The notes beneath the pieces are model-generated. The model was not told the origin of the DNA, ran no database searches, and was given only the letters and a program-made list of their open reading frames with translations. The position numbers were made by a program, and so were the translations under genes. From NCBI GenBank assembly GCA_965116925.1, contig OZ220744.1, positions 5,952,001 to 6,016,000 of the forward strand: a stretch of DNA of 64,000 nucleotides, read 5' to 3'. Positions 25,468 to 35,678 of this stretch are shown here, piece after piece (the first letter of the stretch is position 1; every line of letters begins with the position of its first letter). The stretch is from Candidatus Poribacteria bacterium. GTDB taxonomy: Bacteria; Poribacteria; WGA-4E; PCPOR2b.

Positions 25468-26772
25468 CAACTTCTTAGCAGTGGAAGCCCCGTCCTTTAG
25501 GACGGGGAGGAAACTGCGCCTCCTTTTTTGATAGATTCAAAACATTGATTATGAAAAAGACTTATGAATACAGAGCCTATCCAACAGTCAAGCAATCGAA
25601 TAAATTAGTCGCATGGCTTGAAATCCTTCGCAACTTGTATAATCAAGCACTTGCATGGCGTAAGCAAACCTACGAACAGACCGGTCAGTCCGTTAAGAAA
25701 TCAACCCAAGAAAAAGCCTTAACGCCGTTTCGCCAAGAATCAGACACAGTCGCATCGCTTCATATTGATGTTTTGCAGGATACGATTGACCGATTAGACA
25801 AAGCCTATCAATCGTTTTTTCGCCGTGGTAAGAATAGCGACAAGACCGGCTTCCCACGCTTCAAAGGTGCCGGGCGGTATCGGTCAATGACGTTTAAGCA
25901 CTTGGCGAAACAGTTAATACGCGATATTCGCAAGCGGACAGCGCGAGTCGTCGTGCCGAAAATCGGTCATGTTAAAATCCATTACCACCGGCCGTTGCCC
26001 GACGGGAAAATTAAGACATTGACGGTACGGCGTAAAGCAAGTGGGTGGTATGTATGTATAGTCGTTGAGATTGCAGACCCTGTTGAGATTCCCGTTGAAA
26101 CCACAATCGGGATAGACGTAGGACTGAAATCCTTCCTGACCACCTCAGATGGTGATAAAGTCGCCAACCCTCGGCACTTCCGTCGGTCAGAAAAGAGACT
26201 TGGTAAAGCACAACGGATATTGTCCCGTCGTGACAAAGGCAGTGTCCGCTATGAGAAACAACGGGGGCATGTTGCCAAGATACATGAACATATCGGCAAT
26301 CAACGTCGTGATTTTCAGGGTAAGACCGCTCATTGGTTGTTTTGCCAATGCGAAGAGGTCGCTGTTGAAGACCTGAAAATCAAGAACATGGTAAAGAATA
26401 AGCATCTATCTAAGAGCATATCTGACGCTGGCTGGGGTAGCTTTCGATTAAGACTTCAGAGCAAAGCTGCAAACGCTGGCTTGACGTTGACGAAAGTTGA
26501 CCCCAAGCACACCAGTCAGAAATGCTCAGGTTGTGATGCGGTTGTACCCAAATCGTTATCAGAACGTGTCCATGACTGTCCCCATTGTGGGCGGGTATTA
26601 GACCGGGACCATAACGCTGCGATAAATATTAAAAAGGCTGCTGTAGCCTTGCGTGAAGGTGTGTCGGTGGTGAACGACCCCGAAACCCCCTGTTTGGGGA
26701 CAGAAGCGCGGAACTCAATAAGACCCATTGGACGGACAAACAAGACCCGTCCTTTAGGGCGGGGTAACTGAC
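25468..26772 (+). mobile_element. IS200/IS605-family TnpB-only (IS1341-type) element
   Basis: Matching subterminal hairpins CCCCGTCC-TTTA-GGACGGGG (left) and CCCGTCC-TTTA-GGGCGGG (right). Right end TGAC at 26772. Left boundary inferred. No tnpA. Confidence 0.8.
25551..26771 (+). CDS. tnpB: RNA-guided endonuclease TnpB
   Basis: N-terminal HTH (Y.YR.YPT), RuvC D (GIDVG), E (VEDL) and D (DRDHNAA), zinc finger CSGC/CPHC. Catalytic triad intact. Confidence 0.95.
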   Translation: MKKTYEYRAYPTVKQSNKLVAWLEILRNLYNQALAWRKQTYEQTGQSVKKSTQEKALTPFRQESDTVASLHIDVLQDTIDRLDKAYQSFFRRGKNSDKTGFPRFKGAGRYRSMTFKHLAKQLIRDIRKRTARVVVPKIGHVKIHYHRPLPDGKIKTLTVRRKASGWYVCIVVEIADPVEIPVETTIGIDVGLKSFLTTSDGDKVANPRHFRRSEKRLGKAQRILSRRDKGSVRYEKQRGHVAKIHEHIGNQRRDFQGKTAHWLFCQCEEVAVEDLKIKNMVKNKHLSKSISDAGWGSFRLRLQSKAANAGLTLTKVDPKHTSQKCSGCDAVVPKSLSERVHDCPHCGRVLDRDHNAAINIKKAAVALREGVSVVNDPETPCLGTEARNSIRPIGRTNKTRPLGRGN

Positions 26773-26785
26773 TCTAGGAGGGATC

Positions 26786-27775
26786 ATGAATCAGTTGGTA
26801 AAAGTTGGTTTTGTTGGAACAGGCGGCATCGCAAATAGCCATCTCCGTAACCTTGCAGAGATGGAAAATGTGCGTATCGCAGCCCTTTGTGATATTGATG
26901 AAGCACGCGTAAACGCAGCAGTCGAAACCTACGGCGGACAGGCGTATACAGATTACCACAAGATGTTTGATGGGGTGGATCTGGATGCTGTCTATTTCTG
27001 TCTGCCTCCTTTCGCGCACTCTGACGCAGAGATAATCGCAGCAGAGAGAGGATTTCACCTGCTTGTGCAGAAGCCGGTTGTGCTAGAACTTGAGACCGGG
27101 CTCCGCATTATGGAAACGATTGAGAAATCAGGTGTGATCTCCTGTGTGGGCTATCAAGGGCGGTACAGCAATGTTGCAACCGCTGCGCGCGATTTTCTCA
27201 AGGATAAAACCATCGGCATGGTGGCTTGCCATCGCTGGGGAGGTGTCCCTGGGGGACCGAACCATTGGTGGCGTATGATGGAGAAATCGGGTGGGATGCT
27301 TCATGAGCAGGCGACTCACCAGCTCGATATGATTCGGTACACCGCCGGTGAAATTGTCGAGGTCTATAAGATTGATGCCATGCAGATTAATGTTGATCAG
27401 GAGAACCATACAATCCCTGATGCGGAGGTGGTCACGCTTCAGTTTGAGAGCGGAGCAGTTGGCTACATCTCGACCAGTTCTGCATTGATTAATGGTGGTG
27501 GGGGTACGCACACCGATTTTATCGTCGAGGGGCACTACACTGTTCAGCTCGGTTGGGGTGAGGTGCGAATTGTTCCCGAAGATGCGGCAACCATTGAAGT
27601 ATCTGATGAACAACCCTTCTCAATTGATGAAGCGTTTATCCAAGCGATTCAGACGGGCAATCAATCGGTTATCCGGTCCTCCTATACGGATGGACTTAAA
27701 TCAGCAGCGATATCAATTGCTGCGAACCAGTCATCGCGTGAGGGCAGACCGGTGCGTGTGCCGACGATCTCGTAG
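26786..27775 (+). CDS. Gfo/Idh/MocA oxidoreductase
   Basis: GFVGTGGIA..H, QKP (EKP variant) and SGG.L.EQ.TH..D motifs. Confidence 0.9.
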   Translation: MNQLVKVGFVGTGGIANSHLRNLAEMENVRIAALCDIDEARVNAAVETYGGQAYTDYHKMFDGVDLDAVYFCLPPFAHSDAEIIAAERGFHLLVQKPVVLELETGLRIMETIEKSGVISCVGYQGRYSNVATAARDFLKDKTIGMVACHRWGGVPGGPNHWWRMMEKSGGMLHEQATHQLDMIRYTAGEIVEVYKIDAMQINVDQENHTIPDAEVVTLQFESGAVGYISTSSALINGGGGTHTDFIVEGHYTVQLGWGEVRIVPEDAATIEVSDEQPFSIDEAFIQAIQTGNQSVIRSSYTDGLKSAAISIAANQSSREGRPVRVPTIS

Positions 27776-27817
27776 GAAAAAAATTGTATAGGGAAAATGT
27801 AATAACGGAGGTAACGG

Positions 27818-28660
27818 ATGATTATTGATACACATACACATTTCTATGATCCAACACGGTCCGAAGGTGTGCCTTGGCCTGATCCTGATGATGATGTGCT
27901 TTATCGCCCTGTGTACCCGGAGCACCACAAGGCACTTGCGATCCCTGAAGGTGTGACGGGGACTGTTGTTGTTGAGGCGAGCACATGGGTTGAGGATAAT
28001 CAGTGGATACTTGACCTTGCGGAAAATGAACCGTTTATCGTTGGATTCGTTGGGAATTTGGACATAGGTTCGCCGGATTTTGAGAGTAACCTTGAACGCT
28101 ATGCTGCGAATCCACTTTTCCGAGGTGTACGGCTTCGCGGGGTGGATATCGGAGAGGTTGTGAGTGGTGGGAATCTGGCGAACATTGAGATGTTTGCTGC
28201 GAAGGATTTATCGGTAGATCTTTTATCGTCGCCAGATGCTTTACCGAGTGTCGCCGCACTGGCAGCACAAATCCCCGAACTACGTATTGTCATTAACCAT
28301 GTCGCCGGTGTGTCTATTGATGGAAAGGCACCAGATGCGGCGTGGGTTGAAGGGATGCAGATGGCGGCGGCAAACCCGCATGTCTACTGTAAGGTTTCAG
28401 GGTTGGTGGAGAATACGAAAGACACACCTTCACCTACTGATGTGGCGTACTATGCGCCGACAGTGGATGTGTTGTGGGATGCGTTTGGAACGCATCGGTT
28501 GGTCTACGGAAGCAATTGGCCCGTATCGGAACGTTTTGCCGACTATGCGACGGTGCAACGAATCGTATCCCAATACTTCAATGCGAAGGGAGTCGTCGCT
28601 ACTGAGAAGTATTTTTGGAGGAATGCCACGGCGGCATACAAGTGGTTGGATCGGGGATGA
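27818..28660 (+). CDS. Amidohydrolase_2 family protein (lactonase-like)
   Basis: IDTHTH, INH, CKVSG and YGSNWP motifs. Confidence 0.88.
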   Translation: MIIDTHTHFYDPTRSEGVPWPDPDDDVLYRPVYPEHHKALAIPEGVTGTVVVEASTWVEDNQWILDLAENEPFIVGFVGNLDIGSPDFESNLERYAANPLFRGVRLRGVDIGEVVSGGNLANIEMFAAKDLSVDLLSSPDALPSVAALAAQIPELRIVINHVAGVSIDGKAPDAAWVEGMQMAAANPHVYCKVSGLVENTKDTPSPTDVAYYAPTVDVLWDAFGTHRLVYGSNWPVSERFADYATVQRIVSQYFNAKGVVATEKYFWRNATAAYKWLDRG

Positions 28661-28786
28661 CTTGAAGCGGCATTGTGATCCTGCTCTATCGGTAGGATGT
28701 TGAAGGTGCAAAACTCAAAGAGAAACCGAGTTTTTTCGGAAAAACTCGGTTTCTGTTACACAATTTCTTCACATAAGCCAAGACAT

Positions 28787-29746
28787 TTACCCTGCGTTAA
28801 GAACTTCCCGTATACCTGCAACGATGTTGTCCCGATCCGGGAATACGTGGTCTTCGAGCCCGGGACTATACGGTATCGGTACATGCAGTGCACAGACGCG
28901 CTTGGGCGGTGCTTTCAGTTTTGCAAAGGTCTCGCTATCCTCAGTGACTACGGTTATAATCTCTGCTGACGCGCCTGCGGTGGGACCTGCCTCGTCGGCG
29001 ATGACCAGTCTGCCTGTTTTCTGCACGGAAGCGCGAATTGCTGCCTCATCCAGAGGTACGAGAGAGCGTGGATCGATAACCTCGACGGAAACGCCCTCTT
29101 TTTCAAGCGTTTCGGCTGCGGCAAGCCCTTCGTGCACGAGCCAAGCCAGTGCCACCAATGTTACATCGCTACCCTCCCGTTTAACGTCGGCGACCCCTAG
29201 TGGCACCGTGTAATCTTCTTCAGGCACCTCGCCCTCAACGCCCATGAGCCTGTTCGATTCAAACGAGATAACGGGATTGTCGTCACGGATGGCGGATTTG
29301 AGTAGCCCCTTCATATCGTAGGGGGTTGACGGTAATATCATCTTCAATCCTGCTAGGTTCATAAACATTGAATAAGGACTTTGGGAGTGTTGGGCGGCGA
29401 CCCGTCTGCCACCTCCGACCGAAGCGCGAAATGTGATAGGAAACTTCGCTTGGCCCCCAAACATGTAGTGAATTTTCGCCGCCTGATTCACGATCTGATC
29501 CATGGCGACGAAGGAAAAGGTTATCATGCCCCAGTTGATGATCGGTCGATAACCTGACCCCGCTGCGCCGATGGCGATACCTGTAAAAGCACCCTCGGCG
29601 ATTGGGGTAGCACGCACCCGTTCGGAGCCGAATTCATTGACCAGTTCGTCTGCAGCACTAGTTGCGAGGTGAAATGTGGTTGAATCTCGCTGCATCTCCT
29701 CGATGAGTGCATCTGTTCCGGCTTGTGCATAAGATATTTTTGGCAT
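28787..29746 (-). CDS. 2-oxoacid/acetoin dehydrogenase E1 beta subunit
   Basis: TPIAE, DQIVNQAAK, AAQHSQ and VIDPRSLVPLD motifs. Confidence 0.9.
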   Translation of the reverse strand: MPKISYAQAGTDALIEEMQRDSTTFHLATSAADELVNEFGSERVRATPIAEGAFTGIAIGAAGSGYRPIINWGMITFSFVAMDQIVNQAAKIHYMFGGQAKFPITFRASVGGGRRVAAQHSQSPYSMFMNLAGLKMILPSTPYDMKGLLKSAIRDDNPVISFESNRLMGVEGEVPEEDYTVPLGVADVKREGSDVTLVALAWLVHEGLAAAETLEKEGVSVEVIDPRSLVPLDEAAIRASVQKTGRLVIADEAGPTAGASAEIITVVTEDSETFAKLKAPPKRVCALHVPIPYSPGLEDHVFPDRDNIVAGIREVLNAG

Positions 29747-29788
29747 AATAGGTTGCCCCCATAATTTTCGATTGGGAGTGAAAAGATT

Positions 29789-30223
29789 TCAGGGAAGAAA
29801 ACGACTTTCCTCGTCGGGAGTTGGGATTCGACAGGCATCTCTCCGTCCGAACCATCGGTATCGATTTCGAGCGACGGTTCGATAAACGAAATCCCGAACA
29901 CTTCGTGGGACAAGGCGCAGCAGGCTCAAGAGCCACCATACCCCTCCCAAACGGCGATATACCTCCAGAAAAGCATCTGATTCCTCGCGAATTCCCCGCT
30001 CGTCTAAATAGAACATAGACCACTCTTGAGGTGCCTCGGAGAGCGGTGGTAACATCTGCTTGGCGGTTTCCCCTTGAATTGGCGCGAACCTGAAAACCCC
30101 TTTATTGTCAATCCTCAGGATCAGATCCACAAATCGGTTGCACATACCGCATACACCGTCAAAGAAGATGATAGGTGGTTTCTGTGCAATACCCCTTATT
30201 ATCTTATCTGTTTCTGAATTCAT
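29789..30223 (-). CDS. DCC1-like thiol-disulfide oxidoreductase (DUF393)
   Basis: FDGVCGMC motif and Y..VARNRYRWFG. Confidence 0.88.
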   Translation of the reverse strand: MNSETDKIIRGIAQKPPIIFFDGVCGMCNRFVDLILRIDNKGVFRFAPIQGETAKQMLPPLSEAPQEWSMFYLDERGIREESDAFLEVYRRLGGVWWLLSLLRLVPRSVRDFVYRTVARNRYRWFGRRDACRIPTPDEESRFLP

Positions 30224-30235
30224 GGTGGAAATGAG

Positions 30236-31204
30236 TTAGGACTCAGCAAAAATGTCTTCGACCGCCGCTTCCGGTTTCGGAAATGGGCTTTCCTCGGAAA
30301 ATTTGACCGCGTCCTCAATTGCCTTGAGGATTTCAGCGTCCATTTCTTGCCACGCTTCTTTAGTCAGAATTCCTTGATTCATCAGATTCGCCGCAAAGCG
30401 GCCGATTGGGTCTCGCTGTCGCCACTCTTCGATCTCTTCCTTCGGACGTGGGTCCTCTTGCCCCGGTCTTTCGGTATGTCCGCGCCAGCGATAGGTCTTG
30501 CATTCGATGAGGGTGGGACCTTGACCTGCACGCGCACGGTTGACAGCGGCTTCGGCGGCTTCATAGACAGCCATCACATCGTTGCCATCGACAACTACCC
30601 CCGGAATACCGTAGCCGGCGGCACGGGCTGCCACATCGCTGAGAGCCAAGGTGTCTGCTGCGATGGTGCCGGCGGAATAGAGATTGTTCTCACAGACGTA
30701 GAGCATCGGTAGCTTCCACGTTGCGGCGATGTTGATGGACTCGTGGAAGGGACCTGCGTTTGAGGCACCGTCCCCAAAGAAAGAAACGGCGACTCGTCCC
30801 TTGCCTTCGAGTTGGGCAGCGAGTCCGGCACCGGTTACGATGGGAATACCACCTGCGACAATGCCATTGGCTCCCAACATACCGATGCTGAAATCGGCGA
30901 TGTGCATAGAGCCACCTTTGCCTTTGCAGTAGCCGGTTTGTCTGCCGTAAAGTTCAGCCATCATCCGATTCAGATCTGCACCCTTGGCGAGACAATGCCC
31001 ATGACCGCGGTGGGTGCTGATGATTTGGTCATCCGCATTCAAAGCTGCACACACACCGACGGCGACCGCTTCCTCACCGATGTAGCAGTGCACGACGCCA
31101 TAGATGGCACCCGCCTGATAATCATCTGATGCCCGTTCCTCGAAGCGACGGATGGTCTGCATCGAGCGTAACATCTCAATCTGTTTCTCTGTTGTGAGCG
31201 TCAT
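30236..31204 (-). CDS. TPP-dependent dehydrogenase E1 alpha subunit (AcoA-like)
   Basis: STHRGHGH, GKGGSMH, GDGA...ENN TPP motif and TYR..GH. Confidence 0.92.
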   Translation of the reverse strand: MTLTTEKQIEMLRSMQTIRRFEERASDDYQAGAIYGVVHCYIGEEAVAVGVCAALNADDQIISTHRGHGHCLAKGADLNRMMAELYGRQTGYCKGKGGSMHIADFSIGMLGANGIVAGGIPIVTGAGLAAQLEGKGRVAVSFFGDGASNAGPFHESINIAATWKLPMLYVCENNLYSAGTIAADTLALSDVAARAAGYGIPGVVVDGNDVMAVYEAAEAAVNRARAGQGPTLIECKTYRWRGHTERPGQEDPRPKEEIEEWRQRDPIGRFAANLMNQGILTKEAWQEMDAEILKAIEDAVKFSEESPFPKPEAAVEDIFAES

Positions 31205-31237
31205 GTTTGTTTCCTCCCGAAAATCTCACCTATCGCT

Positions 31238-31780
31238 TCAAGTTTCAGCCCTTGCCCGTCGAAACAGCACTGTGCGGGCTAACACAAGGACAGCAATCGC
31301 GAGCGCAACGACAGGACCGAACCAAGCACTTTCTTTTGGCACGGTCAATATAAAAATATAAATAAATCCGAGCAGATACCACAGCCTATCCAACCTTCCT
31401 TGCACCAACCGAGCTGCAAGGTACGCACAAGCAAGCGTAGTAAACGCAATCCATATCCATGAAAATAGCCACGGTGTCCATCCATAGAAAGGGAGGCTAA
31501 TGAGCGCGTAACCTGTCCACCCTGTTGGAAATAGATCAAAGGCGTGGTGGACGGCAAAACCGATGCTAACACCCATCGCAAACGCATATAATCCGAAGCC
31601 AATCCTCAACGCCAGCAACAATAGTATGAGGGGAATCAACGGGCTGTGCGTGACGATGGAGCGGTGAAGTAGCAAATTGATGTGTTGGTCGATATCTGGC
31701 ATGCCGATGCCGCAGTGTAGTCCCACTAGGACGAATACCGGGGCTATCAGAGTAACGAAGAATCTGCCCATCGCCTGCAT
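31238..31780 (-). CDS. Membrane protein, metal-dependent hydrolase-like (YdjM/DUF2227-like motifs)
   Basis: Hydrophobic, with PDID, HRS..THS and H...D motifs. Confidence 0.55.
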   Translation of the reverse strand: MQAMGRFFVTLIAPVFVLVGLHCGIGMPDIDQHINLLLHRSIVTHSPLIPLILLLLALRIGFGLYAFAMGVSIGFAVHHAFDLFPTGWTGYALISLPFYGWTPWLFSWIWIAFTTLACAYLAARLVQGRLDRLWYLLGFIYIFILTVPKESAWFGPVVALAIAVLVLARTVLFRRARAET

Positions 31781-31794
31781 GTTTAGCTCTCCTA

Positions 31795-33525
31795 CTATGC
31801 GGGTCTATCGCCCTTTTGTACTGGTGCGGTTCGACTATCAACGCCGGGCAACATTTTTGCTGGATCGCGGGTCACAATCACGTCAATGATGGTAGGTATA
31901 TCACGCGCAGCGATGCCTTCGGCAAACGCTGCGCCTAGCTTAGATGGCTCCGATACACGAATACTGTGGCACCCAAGTTCGCGAGCTACATTTGCATAAT
32001 GGGTTTCACTCAGGTCACTCGATTGATAGCGTCCACCGTACAGACTGTGCTGAAGGGCTTTGACGTAGCCGGAGGCGGCGTTGTTCACGATGGCAAGGGT
32101 AAAACCGAGTCCTAAGCGTCGTGCTGTTTCAAGTTCTCCGAGCATCATGTTGAATCCAGCATCGCCGGTAAGCCCAACCACCGGTGAATCTGGAGCAGCA
32201 AGCTGTGCACCGATAACCCCCGGTAGACCGTAGCCGATCGAGGCAAACCCCCGATTTGCGATGTAGGAACGCCCCGCACGAGTTGAGTCATAGAGTAATC
32301 CGGTCCAATGAGCGGCAAATCCACCATCAACAACAAGAATCCCATCATCGGGCATGACGCCTTGCAGTTCGCGAACCAATCGCGCCATGTGAATCGGACG
32401 CTCCTCGGAGGCATAGCGGGGTTCTGCTTCTACCCGCCAAGCTGCCATCCGTTCTGCTAACTCCGCTAGGTAGGATGCGTGTTGGGCCTGTAAGGCTTCG
32501 GCGTCGTCAGCGAGGCTAGCGTGAAGATCGATAAGCCCTTCAGCGGCATCCCCCCAGAGGGCGACTTCTGTGGGTGTCGTGCGTCCGATCTCCTCCGCTA
32601 CGATATCGAGATGGATGAACGGGACACCTCGCGGCATCAGGGCGTAGCGTTTGGTGGCAATCTCGCCCATCTTGCAACCGACTGCGAGGATGCAATCTGA
32701 GGATTCGATCAGGTCATTGGCAATCCGTGACCAGCGACCAAATAAGCCCACACTCAACGGATGTGTACACGGAATGGCACCCTTCCCGCTCAATGTCTGA
32801 GCGACTGGGACGCTGAAATCTTCGGCGAACTTGAGTAGCACTTCATAGGCTCCTGAGAGATGGATACCACCCCCCGCGAGTATAATTGGTCGCTTAGAAC
32901 GGCGGAACTGCGCTGCGGCGCGAGCAACCGCTTCACGGCCCGGACGGGGACGTTGAGCAGGGATACAGATAGTTTTTGGATCGATATAGAAATCGTCTAT
33001 CGGATAGTCAAATTCCCCGTGTGCTACATCTTCGGGGACATCGAGAACAACGGGTCCTGGTCGCCCGGAGGTCGCGATGGCGTAGGCACGGCGCACCAGT
33101 TCGGGGATGCGAAGGCCATCTTCGATCCGGATTAACGCCTTGACCGATGGGGCGAGGATCTCGGATTGACGCGCCTCCTGCGTCATGTTTTTCCAAGAAT
33201 GGGCACGGTTGCTGTTGCCAACGATAACGACGAGGGGCACCCCTGCGTTTAACGACTCGACGAGTCCTGTCACTAGGTTTGTGGCTCCCGGACCGAGCGT
33301 CGCATCGCAGATGCCGGGGCGTCCGGTCACGCGTGCCCATGCGTCAGCGGCGAATACGCCGGATCGCTCATCGTTGATGAGTGTATGTTGAAGCCCTAGT
33401 TCACGCACTGCATCGTAGAAGGGCAGTAGTTGGAACCCAGCCATACCGAACATCGGGGCGGGGTTATGGTTCTTGAGCATTTCGGCGAGTGCTTGCCCGC
33501 CGTTCATCTGTCGAAATGAAGACAT
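31795..33525 (-). CDS. TPP-binding enzyme, acetolactate synthase large-subunit family
   Basis: DE..G.F.AD, GPGATN, GRPGPV and GDAGF...NN motifs. Start at ATG 33525. Confidence 0.9.
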   Translation of the reverse strand: MSSFRQMNGGQALAEMLKNHNPAPMFGMAGFQLLPFYDAVRELGLQHTLINDERSGVFAADAWARVTGRPGICDATLGPGATNLVTGLVESLNAGVPLVVIVGNSNRAHSWKNMTQEARQSEILAPSVKALIRIEDGLRIPELVRRAYAIATSGRPGPVVLDVPEDVAHGEFDYPIDDFYIDPKTICIPAQRPRPGREAVARAAAQFRRSKRPIILAGGGIHLSGAYEVLLKFAEDFSVPVAQTLSGKGAIPCTHPLSVGLFGRWSRIANDLIESSDCILAVGCKMGEIATKRYALMPRGVPFIHLDIVAEEIGRTTPTEVALWGDAAEGLIDLHASLADDAEALQAQHASYLAELAERMAAWRVEAEPRYASEERPIHMARLVRELQGVMPDDGILVVDGGFAAHWTGLLYDSTRAGRSYIANRGFASIGYGLPGVIGAQLAAPDSPVVGLTGDAGFNMMLGELETARRLGLGFTLAIVNNAASGYVKALQHSLYGGRYQSSDLSETHYANVARELGCHSIRVSEPSKLGAAFAEGIAARDIPTIIDVIVTRDPAKMLPGVDSRTAPVQKGDRPA

Positions 33526-33543
33526 AGATCTCCACCCCCTCAA

Positions 33544-34362
33544 TTACGAAGTGAGCAATTCTACAAAGGTTGGCACTGTTATGCCAACGGTGACGTCACA
33601 TTTAGCAGCTTGTTTGTTAATGTATGAGACGATCCCATTTTCCCATGCGGAACACGCATCGCCGATACGGGCGGTCATGGCGTCGACTGTGACCGCCGGT
33701 GTAGAGTTCTGATCAAGGATTTCGAGACGTTGAATTCCAGCCATATCTATCCCAACGCCGGCATCGTTGAACACCGCCCCTCGCGCCTGCACTGCAAGTC
33801 CATAGCCGGGTCGTCCGGCAAGTCTCCCGCCGTGCGAACCCGTAATGATGATTGCGTCGCTATCGTTGGGCTCGACGAGTGATGCAGAGTCACAGGCGAT
33901 TACCCTCACTGGGCCTTCGCGTAGAAGTTTGCGTGTTTCCAGGTAGGCAGGTGCATCGCCTTCAAACACTTTACCACGCTGCATGGCTTCTGCCACCTCT
34001 TGGCAAGTTTCGCCCACGGCACAGCCGAGAGTTTTAGCGGTTGCATTGCAGTGGCTGATCTGTCCGCGTGTGAGCATGTCAGCACCGTCTCCAATACGTG
34101 CTGATGTATGGGCAACCGTTGCGGCTGCCATCCCTAGCCGCTGTAGATAATCGAGTGCTCCGATGCCTGCATTATCTAGCCCGATTCCTGCGTCATTGAA
34201 AATCACACCGCGTAAGCCTGCGAGTGCTGCCAAGTATCCGCAGTAGCTGCCTCCGTGGGAGCCGGCAACGAGCACGGTTCCCCGAAATTGGGGACCGAGT
34301 TTGGTAATGCTATCGGTGAGTTGAATGGTCTTGATGTCGTTGGGATTCAAAGCAACTTGCAT
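33544..34362 (-). CDS. Hypothetical protein made of two homologous domains, each with GSHGG / FNDAG / ARIGD motifs
   Basis: Internal duplication visible in the translation. Confidence 0.75.
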   Translation of the reverse strand: MQVALNPNDIKTIQLTDSITKLGPQFRGTVLVAGSHGGSYCGYLAALAGLRGVIFNDAGIGLDNAGIGALDYLQRLGMAAATVAHTSARIGDGADMLTRGQISHCNATAKTLGCAVGETCQEVAEAMQRGKVFEGDAPAYLETRKLLREGPVRVIACDSASLVEPNDSDAIIITGSHGGRLAGRPGYGLAVQARGAVFNDAGVGIDMAGIQRLEILDQNSTPAVTVDAMTARIGDACSAWENGIVSYINKQAAKCDVTVGITVPTFVELLTS

Positions 34363-34423
34363 CGGATTTCTCTTTCTAGCAGTTGAGATTCATACCTTAG
34401 CACTATACTTGAACCTTTTCAGT

Positions 34424-35206
34424 TCAATACAATACATCCTCAATTGCTCTATGGAGTTTCCAATCGCCCTTTTCTTTGGCAAATTTTAACGCCTTATATA
34501 AATCCTCCCTCCCTCGCGGGCGGGCCAACTCATCCTTCGCTAAACTCCGATAGAAATAGGCACGAGCATTGTTTGGGTCAAGTTGGATAGCAGTGCCATA
34601 ATCGGCAATCCCGGCGAAATGTTGTCTTAATTTAACCTTCGCTAAACCTCGGTAGTTGTAGTAATCGGCATAATCAGGCTCAAGGCTTATCGCCTTGTCA
34701 AAATCGACAATCGCATCAGTATAGTGTCCGAAGTCATATTTCACCCTACCCCGATTACAGTAGGCATAGGCAGCATTGGGCTCAAGACTTATCAGCATGT
34801 CATAATCGGCAATCGCAGCGGTATGTTGTTCTAACTTGTATTTTATCCAACCTCGATCATTGTAGACATAGGTGGCATTGGGCTCAAGGCTTATTGCCAT
34901 GTCATAATCGACAATCGCAGCAGTGTGTAGTCCTAATACATCCTTTGCCTTACCCCGATAGTAGTAGGATTTAGCATCAGCCGGGTTGAGTTTTATCGCT
35001 ATATCATATTCGATTATGGCTTCAAAGTATTCACCTTTATCCGCTTTTGCTTTTCCCCTATCAACATATTTCTGGCTATCATCACCGTTGTTACCACTTG
35101 TCTGTATTTTACCACTTTGGGTACGCGAGGTGTCGGAAAGTATTCCGAAAATTATCAATCCTATAAATCCTAGGAGACAGGCAATTCCAATTAAACGTTC
35201 TTTCAT
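34424..35206 (-). CDS. Membrane-anchored TPR protein
   Basis: N-terminal TM helix and about five to six 34-aa TPRs (Y.NRG..K..L.....AI.DY..AI.L.P). Confidence 0.9.
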   Translation of the reverse strand: MKERLIGIACLLGFIGLIIFGILSDTSRTQSGKIQTSGNNGDDSQKYVDRGKAKADKGEYFEAIIEYDIAIKLNPADAKSYYYRGKAKDVLGLHTAAIVDYDMAISLEPNATYVYNDRGWIKYKLEQHTAAIADYDMLISLEPNAAYAYCNRGRVKYDFGHYTDAIVDFDKAISLEPDYADYYNYRGLAKVKLRQHFAGIADYGTAIQLDPNNARAYFYRSLAKDELARPRGREDLYKALKFAKEKGDWKLHRAIEDVLY

Positions 35207-35678
35207 TACACCTTGCTCTTTTCTATTTTGCTCAGTGAAGCCCTCAACTCCCCTTTCAATGAGCTAAATCTTGTCTAATCTAACGCAAGTTGCTAGTTGA
35301 TAACCAAACGTCAGAAACCGACACAATAGTCGGGAATTGAAATTCTCTCCTACTAAAAACATACGGTAGGATTCGTCCCCTCCGAATCGTGACTCTGACT
35401 GTTGACGCATATCGTAGGGAACAACGATCGTTGTTCCCTACAACTCGTTAGGTGTAACAACACTGCTAAGTTTTGGTGATTTGCTCTACTATACACATTG
35501 CGCTCCGCTGGAGCGCGGACCTTGAGACAATCGCCGTTCTATAGACATATCGCTCTTCTGGAACGAAGATTGAACACTTGACGGGCGGGGCAACTCCGCC
35601 CCTACGAGAAAACTGATGGATTTTCAATAGATGATAGCTTGGATTAGTATAGCACATTGATAGAAATTTTCAACATAT

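Noticed and set aside
25468..26772. IStron or catalytically dead TnpB (TldR)
   Set aside because: The left end is too short for a group I intron, and all three RuvC acidic residues are present.
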